Positions 16,178 through 26,260 of a stretch of DNA of 64,000 bases are shown in pieces; the first letter of the stretch is position 1; the number at the start of each line of letters is the position of its first letter. A program made the position numbers and the translations under genes. The notes under the pieces were generated by a model. That model saw only the letters and a list, made by a program, of their open reading frames with translations. It was not told where the DNA came from and made no database searches. Where the stretch lies: contig JBDHHQ010000036.1 in the NCBI GenBank assembly GCA_039589315.1, positions 1 through 64,000 on the forward strand, in the 5' to 3' direction. Source of the DNA: Gemmatimonadota bacterium. Its GTDB lineage: Bacteria; Gemmatimonadota; Gemmatimonadetes; Longimicrobiales; Gaopeijiaceae.

Positions 16178-16714
16178 ATGAACCTCCTCCTTCTAGCCCA
16201 ATCTGTCGCCCTGGTGGCCGTCATGAGCCTGGCCCTCGGCTGGGACGTGCGGACCCGCCGGATCCCGAACGCTCTGACCGTGTCGGGGTTCGTGATAGCG
16301 CTCGTGCTACGGGTGCCCATGGGCGCGTCGGCGCTCTTGGGCGGTGTGGCTGGAGCAGGGGTCGCGCTGCTACTTTCACTGCCACTGTTTGCGCTGGGGG
16401 GTCTGGGGGGTGGGGACGCAAAGCTGCTGGTCGCTGCTGGAGCCTTCCTCGGACCGCAAGGTCTCGTTACCGCCGCGCTGGCCGCAGCCGTGCTTGGCGG
16501 TCTCATGGCGGTTGCGACGATGGTGCGTCGCCGAGTATGGCTTCCGGTCCTGCTGAGCTGCAGAGATTTGCTCCTCAACCTGGTGACCCTGGGCCGCGCC
16601 GGTGAGCGTCCGTCTCTGGACTCTCCCGCCGCCGTCAAGATTCCGTACGGTGTCGCCATCTCACTCGGCACCCTCCTGGCCTGGTTCGCACCGCTCTTGG
16701 AGGGGACCGTCTGA
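16178..16714 (+). CDS. cpaA: Prepilin peptidase CpaA/TadV (peptidase A24)
   Basis: WDVRTRRIPN, GGGDAKL, KIPYGVAI. Confidence 0.92.
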   Translation: MNLLLLAQSVALVAVMSLALGWDVRTRRIPNALTVSGFVIALVLRVPMGASALLGGVAGAGVALLLSLPLFALGGLGGGDAKLLVAAGAFLGPQGLVTAALAAAVLGGLMAVATMVRRRVWLPVLLSCRDLLLNLVTLGRAGERPSLDSPAAVKIPYGVAISLGTLLAWFAPLLEGTV

Positions 16715-17172
16715 TGGCTCGTACACGTTGGCCTCGCCGCCGCGCCCGTAGCGGCGAAAGCGGGCAAGCTCTCGTCGAGTTTGCCCTGATTGCACCCGTC
16801 CTGATTCTCCTGGTTGTGGGAATCTTCGAGTTCGCCCGGGCTTGGCAGGCATTTCAGGTCTTGACCGACGCCGCCAGGGAAGGCGCCCGGAACGCCGTCA
16901 TCGATCATGCGCTCACCGCGACCGATGTCGAGAACATCGTACGGCAGGCGCTGAATCGGGCGGCGCTCAATCCCGCCAACATCGATTCACTGGGCGTGAA
17001 CAACCTCACGGGTGGCGGTGCATGGACTCGCGCGACGACGGCTCGCGGAGATCAAACCGAAGTCTTCCTCTCCTACAACTACGCCTGGATCTGGCTTCGG
17101 CCGCTCCTGGGGTGGTTCGGGAGTGACGGCCAGGTGACGCTGAAGACGAACATCATCATGCGGCAAGAATAG
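16714..17172 (+). CDS. tadE: TadE-family pseudopilin
   Basis: GQALVEFALIAP, AAREGAR. Confidence 0.9.
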   Translation: MARTRWPRRRARSGESGQALVEFALIAPVLILLVVGIFEFARAWQAFQVLTDAAREGARNAVIDHALTATDVENIVRQALNRAALNPANIDSLGVNNLTGGGAWTRATTARGDQTEVFLSYNYAWIWLRPLLGWFGSDGQVTLKTNIIMRQE

Positions 17173-17188
17173 GCGGGAGGGCTCCCTG

Positions 17189-18025
17189 ATGAGACGTAAT
17201 CGGGTCTTGATCGTCCTGGCGTTGGCGATCCTTTCCGGATCCATCGCCGGCTATTCGGCCCTCCGCTTCATGCAGGAGCGGCCGACCCCACTCGTGGCTT
17301 CCGAGCCCCGGAGCACACAGCCGGTGGTCGTGGCGGCACGGGACCTCGCGCTGGGCGACGTGGTCAGCGAAGAGGACGTTCGAATGGTGGAGTGGCCCGG
17401 GGACGTGATCCCCGAAGGCTACGCCAGCACGGTACCGGAGGTTCTGGGACGAGGCGTCCTGACCACCGTGACCATGAACGAGCCGCTCCTCGAGGCCAAG
17501 CTCGGCGACGTCGGTGTTGGTGGCGGAATGCCTCTCATCATCCCGGAGGGAATGCGTGCGGTTTCCATACGCGTGAACGACGTGATCGGGGTGGCGGGAT
17601 TCGCCATTCCGCAGACCCGAGTGGACGTGCTGCTAACGATCACGCCGCCCGGTGGCGACAACCCAATTACGAAGATCGTTCTACAGAACGTGCCCATGCT
17701 GGCTCTGGACCAGACGATCCATCGGGACGAGGAGGGGAATCCGATCCCCGCCACGGTCGCCACGGTGCTCGTCACCCCGGAAGACGCCGAGAAGCTCGTA
17801 CACGCTGCGGCTCAGGGATCCATCCAGATGGCGCTTCGCAACGTGCTGGACCTGGAAGCGATCACTACGGATGGAAGCCGTGTGGCCAGTTTGCTGGGAA
17901 CCACCTCAGGCGGTGGCGGAGGCCGGGGGCGGACGGTTCGGGTACCGCCCACGACGGGGGCCGATACCACCTCGGGCATCATCGAGGTCTATCGCGGCGG
18001 GGTTCGTACGCTCATCTCCTACTGA
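17189..18025 (+). CDS. cpaB: Flp pilus assembly protein CpaB/RcpC
   Basis: SAF domain VVVAARDL, GMRAVSIRV..VIGVAGF, RVDVLLT. Confidence 0.93.
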   Translation: MRRNRVLIVLALAILSGSIAGYSALRFMQERPTPLVASEPRSTQPVVVAARDLALGDVVSEEDVRMVEWPGDVIPEGYASTVPEVLGRGVLTTVTMNEPLLEAKLGDVGVGGGMPLIIPEGMRAVSIRVNDVIGVAGFAIPQTRVDVLLTITPPGGDNPITKIVLQNVPMLALDQTIHRDEEGNPIPATVATVLVTPEDAEKLVHAAAQGSIQMALRNVLDLEAITTDGSRVASLLGTTSGGGGGRGRTVRVPPTTGADTTSGIIEVYRGGVRTLISY

Positions 18026-18040
18026 CGAGGTCGAGAGTCC

Positions 18041-19357
18041 ATGGGGCTGAAAAAGATGGGGCGGCCTTCGGGCTGGCTGCTCGCGATTGTGGCCGCGGTT
18101 TGGCTGACACCGGACGGCGCAGCAGGGCAGCAAGTCCTTTCCCAGGCGGAGCGCACCATCACGGTCGCTCAGGGGGCCTCGGCCCTGCTCACGCGTCCCA
18201 CCACCCTCGAGCGTGTCTCCATCGCCGACGAGGGGATCGCCACGGCAACGGTTCTCTCGCCGCGCGAGATCCTGATCAACGGCGTCGGGGTCGGAACGAC
18301 CAGCCTGTTGGTCTGGGCCGAGGGCGACGTGGTCCGGCTGTACAACATCGAGGTGCAGGCGGACGTTCAGGCTCTCCAGCGTCAGATCGACACGCTCTAC
18401 CCCGACCACGACATCGTGGTGACGACGGCAGGGAACACCTTGATCGTCTCTGGCGTGGTCCGGGATCCCGTGGTCGTGAGACGCACCATGGAGCTGGCGA
18501 ACAATACCGGGGCCCAGGTAGTCAACAACCTGCAGGCGCCGGCTCCCGAGCAGATCCTGCTGCACGTGGAGTTCGCCGAGGTCGATCGCCAGGTGGTGAA
18601 GCGCTTCAGCTCGGACCTGCTCTTCCTCAACCCCCAGAACTACGACAACCTGGGCTCCGACGACCTCTGGAGCATCGAGACCTTGTCCGAGGGTATCGTG
18701 AACTTCACGGTGCTGGGCGATGACGCGGCGTTCGACGCCTTCCTCACCGCTCTCAAGACCACTGGCCAGTTCAAGAACCTAGCCGAGCCCAACCTCATCG
18801 CTCTGGAGGGTCAGGAGGCGACGTTCCTGGCCGGCGGCGAGTTCCCGTATCCCGCGATCCAATCCGGGGGCGGCGGCGCGGTGGCATCCAACGCGGTCAC
18901 GGTGCAGTTCCGCGAGTTCGGTATCCGACTTCGCTTCACGCCCAATGTGACGAACACCGGAAACGTGCGCCTGAGCGTGGCCCCGGAAGTGTCGACGCTG
19001 GACTTCGGCACGGGTCTCACATTCGGGGGCTTCCAGGTGCCGTCGCTCATCACCCGTCGCGTGGAGACGGAAGTCGAGCTCCGCCCCGGCCAGCACCTGG
19101 CCATTGCGGGCCTCATCGACAACGGATGGCAGACGACGGTCGACAAGATCCCCGTGCTCGGGGACATCCCGATCATTGGTGTGTTCTTCCGCTCCCAGGC
19201 AGCCAGGCAGCGCCAGACCGAGCTTCTCGTGCTCATCACGCCCCACATCGTGGAGCCGAGTGACGTGAAGCCCGCGCTGCCCACGGGAGAGCCGGAGACA
19301 TGGAATTGGGACGGGCAGATGCGGGAGATGCAGTCGGACACCGTCCAGCAGCGATAG
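18041..19357 (+). CDS. cpaC: Secretin CpaC/RcpA
   Basis: Signal peptide, G.TSLLVW, BON-like segment, LAEPNLIA, FLAGGEFP, APEVSTLD, KIPVLGDIPIIG.FF, TELLVLITP. Confidence 0.94.
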   Translation: MGLKKMGRPSGWLLAIVAAVWLTPDGAAGQQVLSQAERTITVAQGASALLTRPTTLERVSIADEGIATATVLSPREILINGVGVGTTSLLVWAEGDVVRLYNIEVQADVQALQRQIDTLYPDHDIVVTTAGNTLIVSGVVRDPVVVRRTMELANNTGAQVVNNLQAPAPEQILLHVEFAEVDRQVVKRFSSDLLFLNPQNYDNLGSDDLWSIETLSEGIVNFTVLGDDAAFDAFLTALKTTGQFKNLAEPNLIALEGQEATFLAGGEFPYPAIQSGGGGAVASNAVTVQFREFGIRLRFTPNVTNTGNVRLSVAPEVSTLDFGTGLTFGGFQVPSLITRRVETEVELRPGQHLAIAGLIDNGWQTTVDKIPVLGDIPIIGVFFRSQAARQRQTELLVLITPHIVEPSDVKPALPTGEPETWNWDGQMREMQSDTVQQR

Positions 19358-19385
19358 CCGTCAAGGACCAGGGGAGACATGGGTC

Positions 19386-19784
19386 ATGAGCACCGGCCGG
19401 CCGATCGTCAGGCACGAGCGAAGGGCCGCGCCGGTGCTCGTCTCCAGTACTGATCTGAAACACGACCTCCCGGGCCCACCCGGGTGGCCAGCCGGAGCGA
19501 TCTTGCTACCTCCGGCGCGTCGAATTCGGAGACCCGTCGGCGGAGACGGAGGGCACGGGTTTCCAATGCCCCGAAGGCGGGGTAACATCGCCTCTGTCGA
19601 CTCGCTGTCGGTCCGTTCGGGACAGAAAGAGATAGTGGACGACAACTTCGCCAATGTCCTCATCGAGGGCGGTGGGACGGAGCCACTCGACTTCGCCGCG
19701 TCTCCCCGGCCTGTGGGAGAAATGCGGGGGGGCGGTGGCGCACTCACCGGGTCCCGCGTGAGTGACCTGAGACTCGTAGAGTAA
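19386..19784 (+). pseudogene. Probable eroded TadG-like pilus protein remnant (132-aa ORF)
   Basis: N-terminus IVRHERRAAPVLVS is four single-base changes from a prepilin-like RDERGAALVLVA; the hydrophobic helix is lost; C-terminus ...NFANVLIEG...LRLVE ends 14 nt before cpaE. Confidence 0.4.
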
Positions 19785-19798
19785 GCGCGCCAGAATCC

Positions 19799-21028
19799 AT
19801 GCCAGAATCGCTCCGATGTGCCCTGATCTCGGTAGACGAGGCCTTCCGTAGAACGGTCACGGAGATCGCTCAGGATCCCCAGCGGTCCCTAGAGCTGGCC
19901 CTGGACATTGCCACGCCCGTGACGGAGCTGCGTCGGGACGCTCTCGATCAGGTCCGCAGGGCGAGTCCGGAGGTCATCTTCCTGGATCTGGGAGACGACC
20001 CGGTGATCGGGCTCATGTTCGTCCGGGCGCTGACCGAAGAAGCGCCGGGCCAGATCGTCATCCTGTCCGGTCCCAGGCTCGACGCCGAACCCCTCCTGGA
20101 GGTGATGCGGGCGGGCGCCTCCGAGTACCTGCCGAAACCCGTCGAGCCCGGTGATGTAGCCGGGGCGTTGGCCCGGGTCTCCCGCAAGGTCCGGGGGGCG
20201 GAGAAGAAGCACACGCCCGAGGGCAAGCTGATCTCGGTCTTCAGTGCGAAGGGAGGCGTCGGAGCGAGCACCACGGCCACGAACGTCGCCGCTCAGTTGG
20301 CGCGCTCCACCGGCAGACGCACCCTCCTGGTGGATCTGGACGTCGAGATGGGCGCGGTGGCCCTCCTCCTGGGACTCCGCCCCCGGTTCTCGTTCCTGGA
20401 CCTCATCGAGAACTTCCACCGACTGGACGAAGGGCTGCTCGAATCCTACGTGGAGCGGCACAAGTCAGGCCTGTACGTCCTATCGGCGCCCCCCCTCTCG
20501 GAGGGGCTGAACGTGACCCGGGAGCAGACCCGCACACTACTGGAATTCGTGCGGGAGCACTTCGACTACGTGGTGCTGGATCTGGAGAAGGGGCTTTCTC
20601 CGGTGAGCATGGTGGGCATGGAGCAGTCGGATCTCGTGCTCGTCATCACGACCCCGGAGCTGCCGACGCTTCGGAACGTCAAGCGTGTGCTTCCCACCGT
20701 CGAGCGAGCCACGGGTGCCGGCCAGGAGAAGATCCGCGTGATCCTCAACCAGTACAAGGAGGGCATGGGGATCTCGCAGGGCGACATCGAGAATACGCTC
20801 GGCTACCAGATCTTCTTCACCCTGGAACGAGACGAAGGGGTGCTCCACAGCGTGAACGTAGGCAAGCCCCTGGTCCTGAACGGTTCTTCGAAGTACGCCA
20901 AGAACGTGAAGGCGCTGGTGTCCGAGATCAGGGGTAGCGATACGCAGGCCGCGGCCGGGCTCACCGGCCGGCTGAGGTCCGTGTTCCGCCGGCGCAAGGC
21001 CGAGGCCGGCCCATCGAGCAGCAACTAA
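19799..21028 (+). CDS. cpaE: CpaE/TadZ (receiver-like domain + MinD/ParA ATPase)
   Basis: MRAGASEYL receiver, SAKGGVGASTTATN, LLVDLD, FDYVVLD. Confidence 0.92.
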   Translation: MPESLRCALISVDEAFRRTVTEIAQDPQRSLELALDIATPVTELRRDALDQVRRASPEVIFLDLGDDPVIGLMFVRALTEEAPGQIVILSGPRLDAEPLLEVMRAGASEYLPKPVEPGDVAGALARVSRKVRGAEKKHTPEGKLISVFSAKGGVGASTTATNVAAQLARSTGRRTLLVDLDVEMGAVALLLGLRPRFSFLDLIENFHRLDEGLLESYVERHKSGLYVLSAPPLSEGLNVTREQTRTLLEFVREHFDYVVLDLEKGLSPVSMVGMEQSDLVLVITTPELPTLRNVKRVLPTVERATGAGQEKIRVILNQYKEGMGISQGDIENTLGYQIFFTLERDEGVLHSVNVGKPLVLNGSSKYAKNVKALVSEIRGSDTQAAAGLTGRLRSVFRRRKAEAGPSSSN

Positions 21029-21049
21029 CGTGAGAGAGTAGAGAGTGCC

Positions 21050-22438
21050 ATGAGCGATTCAGGCGAAAACCCGTTCTCTCGATCGACGGAGGCTGATCCG
21101 GAGAACGGTCGCAAGGGCGTAACCGGCACGGCTCTGGACCAGCGTTCGGCGCTGGGGGAGATCAAGGGCCGCGTCCACAAGAGCCTGATCGAGCGCCTGA
21201 ACCTGGCCAACCTCGAGAGCATCGAGCGGGATCAAGCCGTCAGTGCCATACGCCAGGTGATTCAGGACCTTCTGTCCAAGGAAGCGTTCGCGCTCAACTA
21301 CGACGAGCGGGAGAAGCTGGCTCAGCAGGTCCTCGACGAGATCTTCGGACTGGGTCCTCTCGAGCCATTGATGCAGGACGAGGACATCTCGGACATCCTG
21401 GTCAACACGTTCGATCAGGTCTACGTGGAAAAGCACGGGAAGCTGCACCCGACGGACATCCGCTTCCAGGACGACCGTCACCTGCTTCAGGTCATCGACC
21501 GCATCGTGTCGGCGGTGGGCCGCCGCATCGACGACTCGTCACCCATGGTGGATGCCCGGCTGAGCGACGGCTCTCGTGTGAACGCCATCATTCCGCCGCT
21601 GGCTCTGGACGGACCCCACGTCTCGATCCGTAAGTTCAAACGGGATACGCTCTCGGGAGACGACCTTCTCCGTTATGGCTCCGTCACGGAGCCCATGCTC
21701 GAGCTGCTCAACGGCATCGTCCGTGCCCGCCTGAACGTCCTGATCTCGGGGGGAACCGGTTCCGGGAAGACCACGCTGCTCAACATCCTCTCGTCATTCA
21801 TCCCGCACAACGAGCGGATCGTGACGATCGAGGACTCGGCCGAGCTCCAGCTGCGGCAGCCCCACGTGGTCCGGCTCGAGACGCGCCCGCCCAACATCGA
21901 AGGCGAGGGCGAAGTCACCCAGCGGAGCCTGGTCAAGAACTCCCTGCGCATGCGGCCCGACCGGATCGTCGTGGGCGAGGTGCGTGGATCGGAAGCGGTG
22001 GACATGCTCCAGGCCATGAACACCGGCCATGACGGCTCACTCACGACCCTCCACGCCAATACGCCCCGGGACGCGCTCTCGCGGCTCGAGACCATGATCT
22101 CCATGGCCAGCTTGAGCCTACCCGAAAAGGCCATGCGTCAACAGGTGGCCAGCGCGATCCAGGTCGTGCTCCAGGTGGGCCGACTCTCCGACGGAGGGCG
22201 CCGCGTCCTTTCCATTTCGGAGATCGTCGGGATGGAAGGTGACGTGATCACGATGCAGGACCTGTTCCTGTACGAGCGGAAGGGTCTCGACGATGACGGG
22301 AACGTGATCGGGCGGTTCAGGCCGACCGGGATTCGGCCCCGATTCTCCGACAGGCTCGAACACTACGGCATCAACCTCTCGAGCATGCTCTTCAGCGAGG
22401 CGCTCGAGCAGGGCTCCGAGGCGGGTCGGAGGTGGTAG
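21050..22438 (+). CDS. cpaF: CpaF/TadA pilus assembly ATPase
   Basis: [48 protein letters not shown]. Confidence 0.97.
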   Translation: MSDSGENPFSRSTEADPENGRKGVTGTALDQRSALGEIKGRVHKSLIERLNLANLESIERDQAVSAIRQVIQDLLSKEAFALNYDEREKLAQQVLDEIFGLGPLEPLMQDEDISDILVNTFDQVYVEKHGKLHPTDIRFQDDRHLLQVIDRIVSAVGRRIDDSSPMVDARLSDGSRVNAIIPPLALDGPHVSIRKFKRDTLSGDDLLRYGSVTEPMLELLNGIVRARLNVLISGGTGSGKTTLLNILSSFIPHNERIVTIEDSAELQLRQPHVVRLETRPPNIEGEGEVTQRSLVKNSLRMRPDRIVVGEVRGSEAVDMLQAMNTGHDGSLTTLHANTPRDALSRLETMISMASLSLPEKAMRQQVASAIQVVLQVGRLSDGGRRVLSISEIVGMEGDVITMQDLFLYERKGLDDDGNVIGRFRPTGIRPRFSDRLEHYGINLSSMLFSEALEQGSEAGRRW

Positions 22439-22439
22439 C

Positions 22440-23396
22440 ATGACGACCGATGCGTTGGCGGCGCTGCTGATCTTCGTCGCCGTGGCCTTGGGGACCCTAT
22501 CGGTGGTCCTGGTCATCGAAGTGTCCCGCGGCTTCTACCGTCGCCGCGCCGTCACGAAGCGGCTCGAGCCCATCGCGCGGGGTCACGAGCGCTCGACGCC
22601 GAAAGGGCTGCTGAAGGACGATGCGGGCTCGGGCGGGCCATCGGCCATCCCGGTGTTCCGCGACGTCGCCAACCTCCTGGAGCAAGCCAGGCTGCAGTGG
22701 AGCGTGGGGACCTACCTCCTGTTGACCCTGGGACTCCTGTTCGCCTTCGGCTTCGCTGCGCTGCTCGCGTCGGGGTCTCTGATCGTCGCCACCATCGCCG
22801 CAGTGATCGGCGCGTTCATCCCGTACATCAGCGCCCGCCGAAAGGCGACCCTACGCCTGTACAGGTTCGAAGAGCACTTTCCCGAGGCCATCGACCTGCT
22901 CACCCGGGCCATCCGGGCGGGGCACCCCCTTTCGGCCGGCATGCGGATGGTCGCAGAAGAGGCTCCCGAGCCCATAGCCGAAGAGTTTCACGAGACCTTC
23001 GAGCAGCAACGCTTCGGCCTCGCCTTCGAGGACTCGTTGCTCGGCCTTACCGACCGCGTGGATCTCGTGGACGTGCGCATCTTCGCGACGGCCGTGCTGG
23101 TGCAGCGGGAGGTGGGGGGTAACCTGGCCGAAGTGCTGGAAAACCTCGCAAAGACGATCCGCGCCCGCTTCGCCATCCGGCGTCAGCTCAGGGTGTACAC
23201 GGCCCAGGGACGACTCTCGGGATACGTGCTGGGCGCACTGCCAATCATGGTCGGACTCGCGATCTTCTTCCTGGACCGCGAGTACATGATGACCCTGTTC
23301 ACGAGTCCGATTGGCCGGTTCGCAGTGGTGCTCGCGGTGATCATGCAGATCATCGGGTACCTGTGGATCCGGAAGATCGTGAACATCGAGATCTGA
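22440..23396 (+). CDS. tadB: TadB platform protein (T2SSF domain)
   Basis: FPEAIDLL.RAIRAGH, QREVGGNLAEVL, TAQGRLS. Confidence 0.94.
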   Translation: MTTDALAALLIFVAVALGTLSVVLVIEVSRGFYRRRAVTKRLEPIARGHERSTPKGLLKDDAGSGGPSAIPVFRDVANLLEQARLQWSVGTYLLLTLGLLFAFGFAALLASGSLIVATIAAVIGAFIPYISARRKATLRLYRFEEHFPEAIDLLTRAIRAGHPLSAGMRMVAEEAPEPIAEEFHETFEQQRFGLAFEDSLLGLTDRVDLVDVRIFATAVLVQREVGGNLAEVLENLAKTIRARFAIRRQLRVYTAQGRLSGYVLGALPIMVGLAIFFLDREYMMTLFTSPIGRFAVVLAVIMQIIGYLWIRKIVNIEI

Positions 23397-23406
23397 AGAG
23401 GGCCCG

Positions 23407-24336
23407 ATGCTGTACCTGATCGCCATCAGCGTGGCCATGACCGTGGGCTTCCTCGTCTATCTGGTTGCCGTTGCCCTCCCGGAGACGTCCAAGCCCGTTC
23501 GCCAGCGTCTCGTGGAACTGGGACTCGACACGAGCGAGGTGGTCGCCCGGCGCCGCCGGCAGATCCAGAGAGACCAGGTCCAGCTGTTCATCGAACAGAT
23601 CGGGCGGCAGCTCGAGAATCGATACGAGGGCCAGGCCTCGGAGACCCGGAAGTTCCTCACGCAGGCGGGTTACCGGACCCCCAACGCAGTGGCCTTCTTC
23701 TGGGGACTCAGGGTCGTGCTCACGGTGGGCCTGGCGGCGTTCTTCTTCTTCCTGTCCACGGTGGCCGGCACGCTTCCCGCCCTGGCCGTCGGAGCCGCCG
23801 CCTACGGCGCTGCCATGGGGTACGTCGTGCCCGTGCTGATCGCCCGGAGTCGGAAGAAGGCGAGGCAGAAGGAGCTCACGCTGGCACTGCCGGACGCTCT
23901 CGATCTCATGGTGGTGTGCGTCGAGGCCGGGCTGGGCTTGAACCAGGCGCTCCAGCGGGTGGCCCTCGAGTCCCGCCACATCAGCCAGATCATGACCGAG
24001 GAATTGTCTCTGGTCAATCTGGAGATCCGGGCCGGCACGGACCGGGAGCAGGCGCTGATCAACCTGGCGGAAAGGACCGGGGTCGACGACATCCGGTCGC
24101 TGGTCACGATGCTGATCCAGACGGACCGCTTCGGGACATCCATCGCCAAGTCCCTGCGGGTTCAATCCGACACGCTTCGCATGAAGCGTCGCCAGCGGGC
24201 CGAGGAGGCCGCCGCCAAGACCGCCATCAAGATGGTGTTCCCGCTGGTCTTCTGCATCTTCCCGGCGCTGTTCGTCGTTATCCTGGGTTCGGGTCTGCTC
24301 CAGATCTTCCAGCAGCTCGGCGGCTTGGGCGGGTGA
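23407..24336 (+). CDS. tadC: TadC platform protein
   Basis: LPDALDLMVVCVEAGLGL, QTDRFGTSI, AEEAAAK, FPLVFCIFP. Confidence 0.94.
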   Translation: MLYLIAISVAMTVGFLVYLVAVALPETSKPVRQRLVELGLDTSEVVARRRRQIQRDQVQLFIEQIGRQLENRYEGQASETRKFLTQAGYRTPNAVAFFWGLRVVLTVGLAAFFFFLSTVAGTLPALAVGAAAYGAAMGYVVPVLIARSRKKARQKELTLALPDALDLMVVCVEAGLGLNQALQRVALESRHISQIMTEELSLVNLEIRAGTDREQALINLAERTGVDDIRSLVTMLIQTDRFGTSIAKSLRVQSDTLRMKRRQRAEEAAAKTAIKMVFPLVFCIFPALFVVILGSGLLQIFQQLGGLGG

Positions 24337-24803
24337 AGCACGTCCAGATGATGAACCGTACCCGGGGTACCCTCCTGGGCACTCGCATCGGTTTGGCTGA
24401 TCGGTGGTGGTCGCGTATGCGGGGATACCTCATCCGTCCGCGGCCCGTGCTGGGCGAGGGGATGCTGCTCGTGCCTTGCCGAGCGGTGCACATGTTCGGT
24501 GTGCGCTTCGCTCTGGACGTTCTGTTCCTGGATCGAAACGGACGGGTCGTGGAGACCTACCCCGATCTTCGGCCCGGCGGGCGCACCAGCGTCGTGCGGG
24601 AGGCTGCATACGCCCTGGAGCTCCCAGTGGGCACCGTCGAGGTGACCGGCACCCGGGAAGGGGATCTCCTTTCGTGGACTCCCGTGGACGGAGTTCGTCC
24701 CGAGCGGCCGGAGCTCCTGCAGGCAAGGAAACGGCGGGCCCGGAGTCGGAGGGCAGATGCCCCAGTCAACGAGTTGTCGGTAGAGTCGGGAGAACACCCA
24801 TGA
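24333..24803 (+). CDS. DUF192 domain protein
   Basis: GTG overlapping the tadC stop; ADRWWSRMRG, GMLLVPCRAVHMFGVRFALDVLFLD, ALELP.G. Confidence 0.85.
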   Translation: MKHVQMMNRTRGTLLGTRIGLADRWWSRMRGYLIRPRPVLGEGMLLVPCRAVHMFGVRFALDVLFLDRNGRVVETYPDLRPGGRTSVVREAAYALELPVGTVEVTGTREGDLLSWTPVDGVRPERPELLQARKRRARSRRADAPVNELSVESGEHP

Positions 24804-26182
24804 ACACTTTCAGCAGGACCCTGGAGCTATCCTACGACGGCGTCGACGTCGAAGCGGTTGCAGATTCGCCGCTCGCGCCCCAGAGCATCGCGGAGACCGG
24901 GCTTCCAGAGGAAGCCATCGTGGAGCTCCTCCTCAAGGTCCTCTACGTGCAAGGGGCGCGTCAGGGCGAGAGCGTCGCTTCGACGGTCAGGCTTCCGTTC
25001 CCCCTGATCGACGACCTGCTCCTTACGCTGCAGCAGCGGAAGATGGTCGAGGTCCGGGGAACCCAGGGTCACGGCCGGAGCGGCTACGTCTTCGACCTGA
25101 CCAGCGAGGGCCGCGCTCGCGCACGGGAGGCACTGGCGGTCAGCTCGTACGTCGGCCCCGCCCCCGTGCCGCTGCCTGTATTCCGCGACTGGATCGGCCG
25201 TCAGTCGGTCCGCAAGCACCGGGTCCCACCGGACCGTATCCGGAGCGGGTTCGACGATCTGGTCCTCGCGGGCGAGGTGCTGGACGCCCTTGGGCCTGCC
25301 GTCAACCACGGGCGCTCCCTCTTCCTCTACGGGCATCCCGGCAACGGGAAGACTGCCATCGCCGAACGGATCGCCCGCCTGATGGGAGGCGCGCTCTACA
25401 TGCCCTTCGCGGTGGACATCGACGGCGAGATCATGGTGGTCTACGACCCCGTTCACCACCGCATCGTCGAAGAGTCGGAGGAGGACGACCCCACGGCGGT
25501 GATCAAGAGGGCCGTGGCCTACGACGAGCGCTTCGTTCGCATCCATCGCCCGACCGTATTCGTGGGCGGCGACCTGACGATGCCGCAGCTCGACCTTCAG
25601 TACGACCCGGTGGCGAAGCTCTATCAGGCGCCCTTCCAGGTCAAAGCGTCCGGCGGCGTGCTCATCATCGACGACTTCGGCCGCCAGTTGGTCGGGCCCA
25701 CCGAGCTGCTCAACCGGTGGATCGTGCCCCTCGAGAAGGAAGTGGACTTCCTGAGCCTCCACACGGGGATCAAGTTCCCCGTGCCGTTCGACACCTTGTT
25801 GGTATTCGCCACAAACCTCGACCCCAACGACCTCGTGGACGAGGCCTTCCTGCGAAGGATCAACTACAAGGTCCAGATCGGCAGCCCCGGTCGGGCCGAG
25901 TGGGAGGAGATCTTCCGCGGTGTCTGCGAGGAGCGGAGCATCGAGTTCGATCGGTCAGCGCTGGACCCGATCTACAAGAAGTACTACGACCGCTACGGCA
26001 TATGGCCCCGGGGGTGTCACCCGCGTGACATCATGGACCACCTGGAGGCCCACGCCCAGTACGAGGGCTACGAAGCGCGCATGACGTCAGAGGCTCTGGA
26101 CCGTTCGTGCCGCTCGTACTTCCTCGTCATGAACCCGGACGCCCTCGACAAGAAATCCAACGTAGGACGCGTCGCCACGTAG
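24800..26182 (+). CDS. Uncharacterised AAA+ ATPase with N-terminal winged-helix-like region
   Basis: ATGA overlap with DUF192; YVGPAPV, Walker A GHPGNGKT, Walker B LIIDDFGRQ, FATNL, DEAFLRRI. Confidence 0.88.
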   Translation: MNTFSRTLELSYDGVDVEAVADSPLAPQSIAETGLPEEAIVELLLKVLYVQGARQGESVASTVRLPFPLIDDLLLTLQQRKMVEVRGTQGHGRSGYVFDLTSEGRARAREALAVSSYVGPAPVPLPVFRDWIGRQSVRKHRVPPDRIRSGFDDLVLAGEVLDALGPAVNHGRSLFLYGHPGNGKTAIAERIARLMGGALYMPFAVDIDGEIMVVYDPVHHRIVEESEEDDPTAVIKRAVAYDERFVRIHRPTVFVGGDLTMPQLDLQYDPVAKLYQAPFQVKASGGVLIIDDFGRQLVGPTELLNRWIVPLEKEVDFLSLHTGIKFPVPFDTLLVFATNLDPNDLVDEAFLRRINYKVQIGSPGRAEWEEIFRGVCEERSIEFDRSALDPIYKKYYDRYGIWPRGCHPRDIMDHLEAHAQYEGYEARMTSEALDRSCRSYFLVMNPDALDKKSNVGRVAT

Positions 26183-26260
26183 GAGGCTCCCGGCCCACCA
26201 CTCCGTCGTGGACGGAGTCAGCGGATCCCGGACGCGCCCGAACAACTAAAGGAGAGCCAC

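Noticed and set aside
23916..24799. Upstream extensions of the DUF192 and AAA ATPase ORFs
   Set aside because: They overlap tadC and DUF192 in other frames; the coupled starts at 24333 and 24800 fit better
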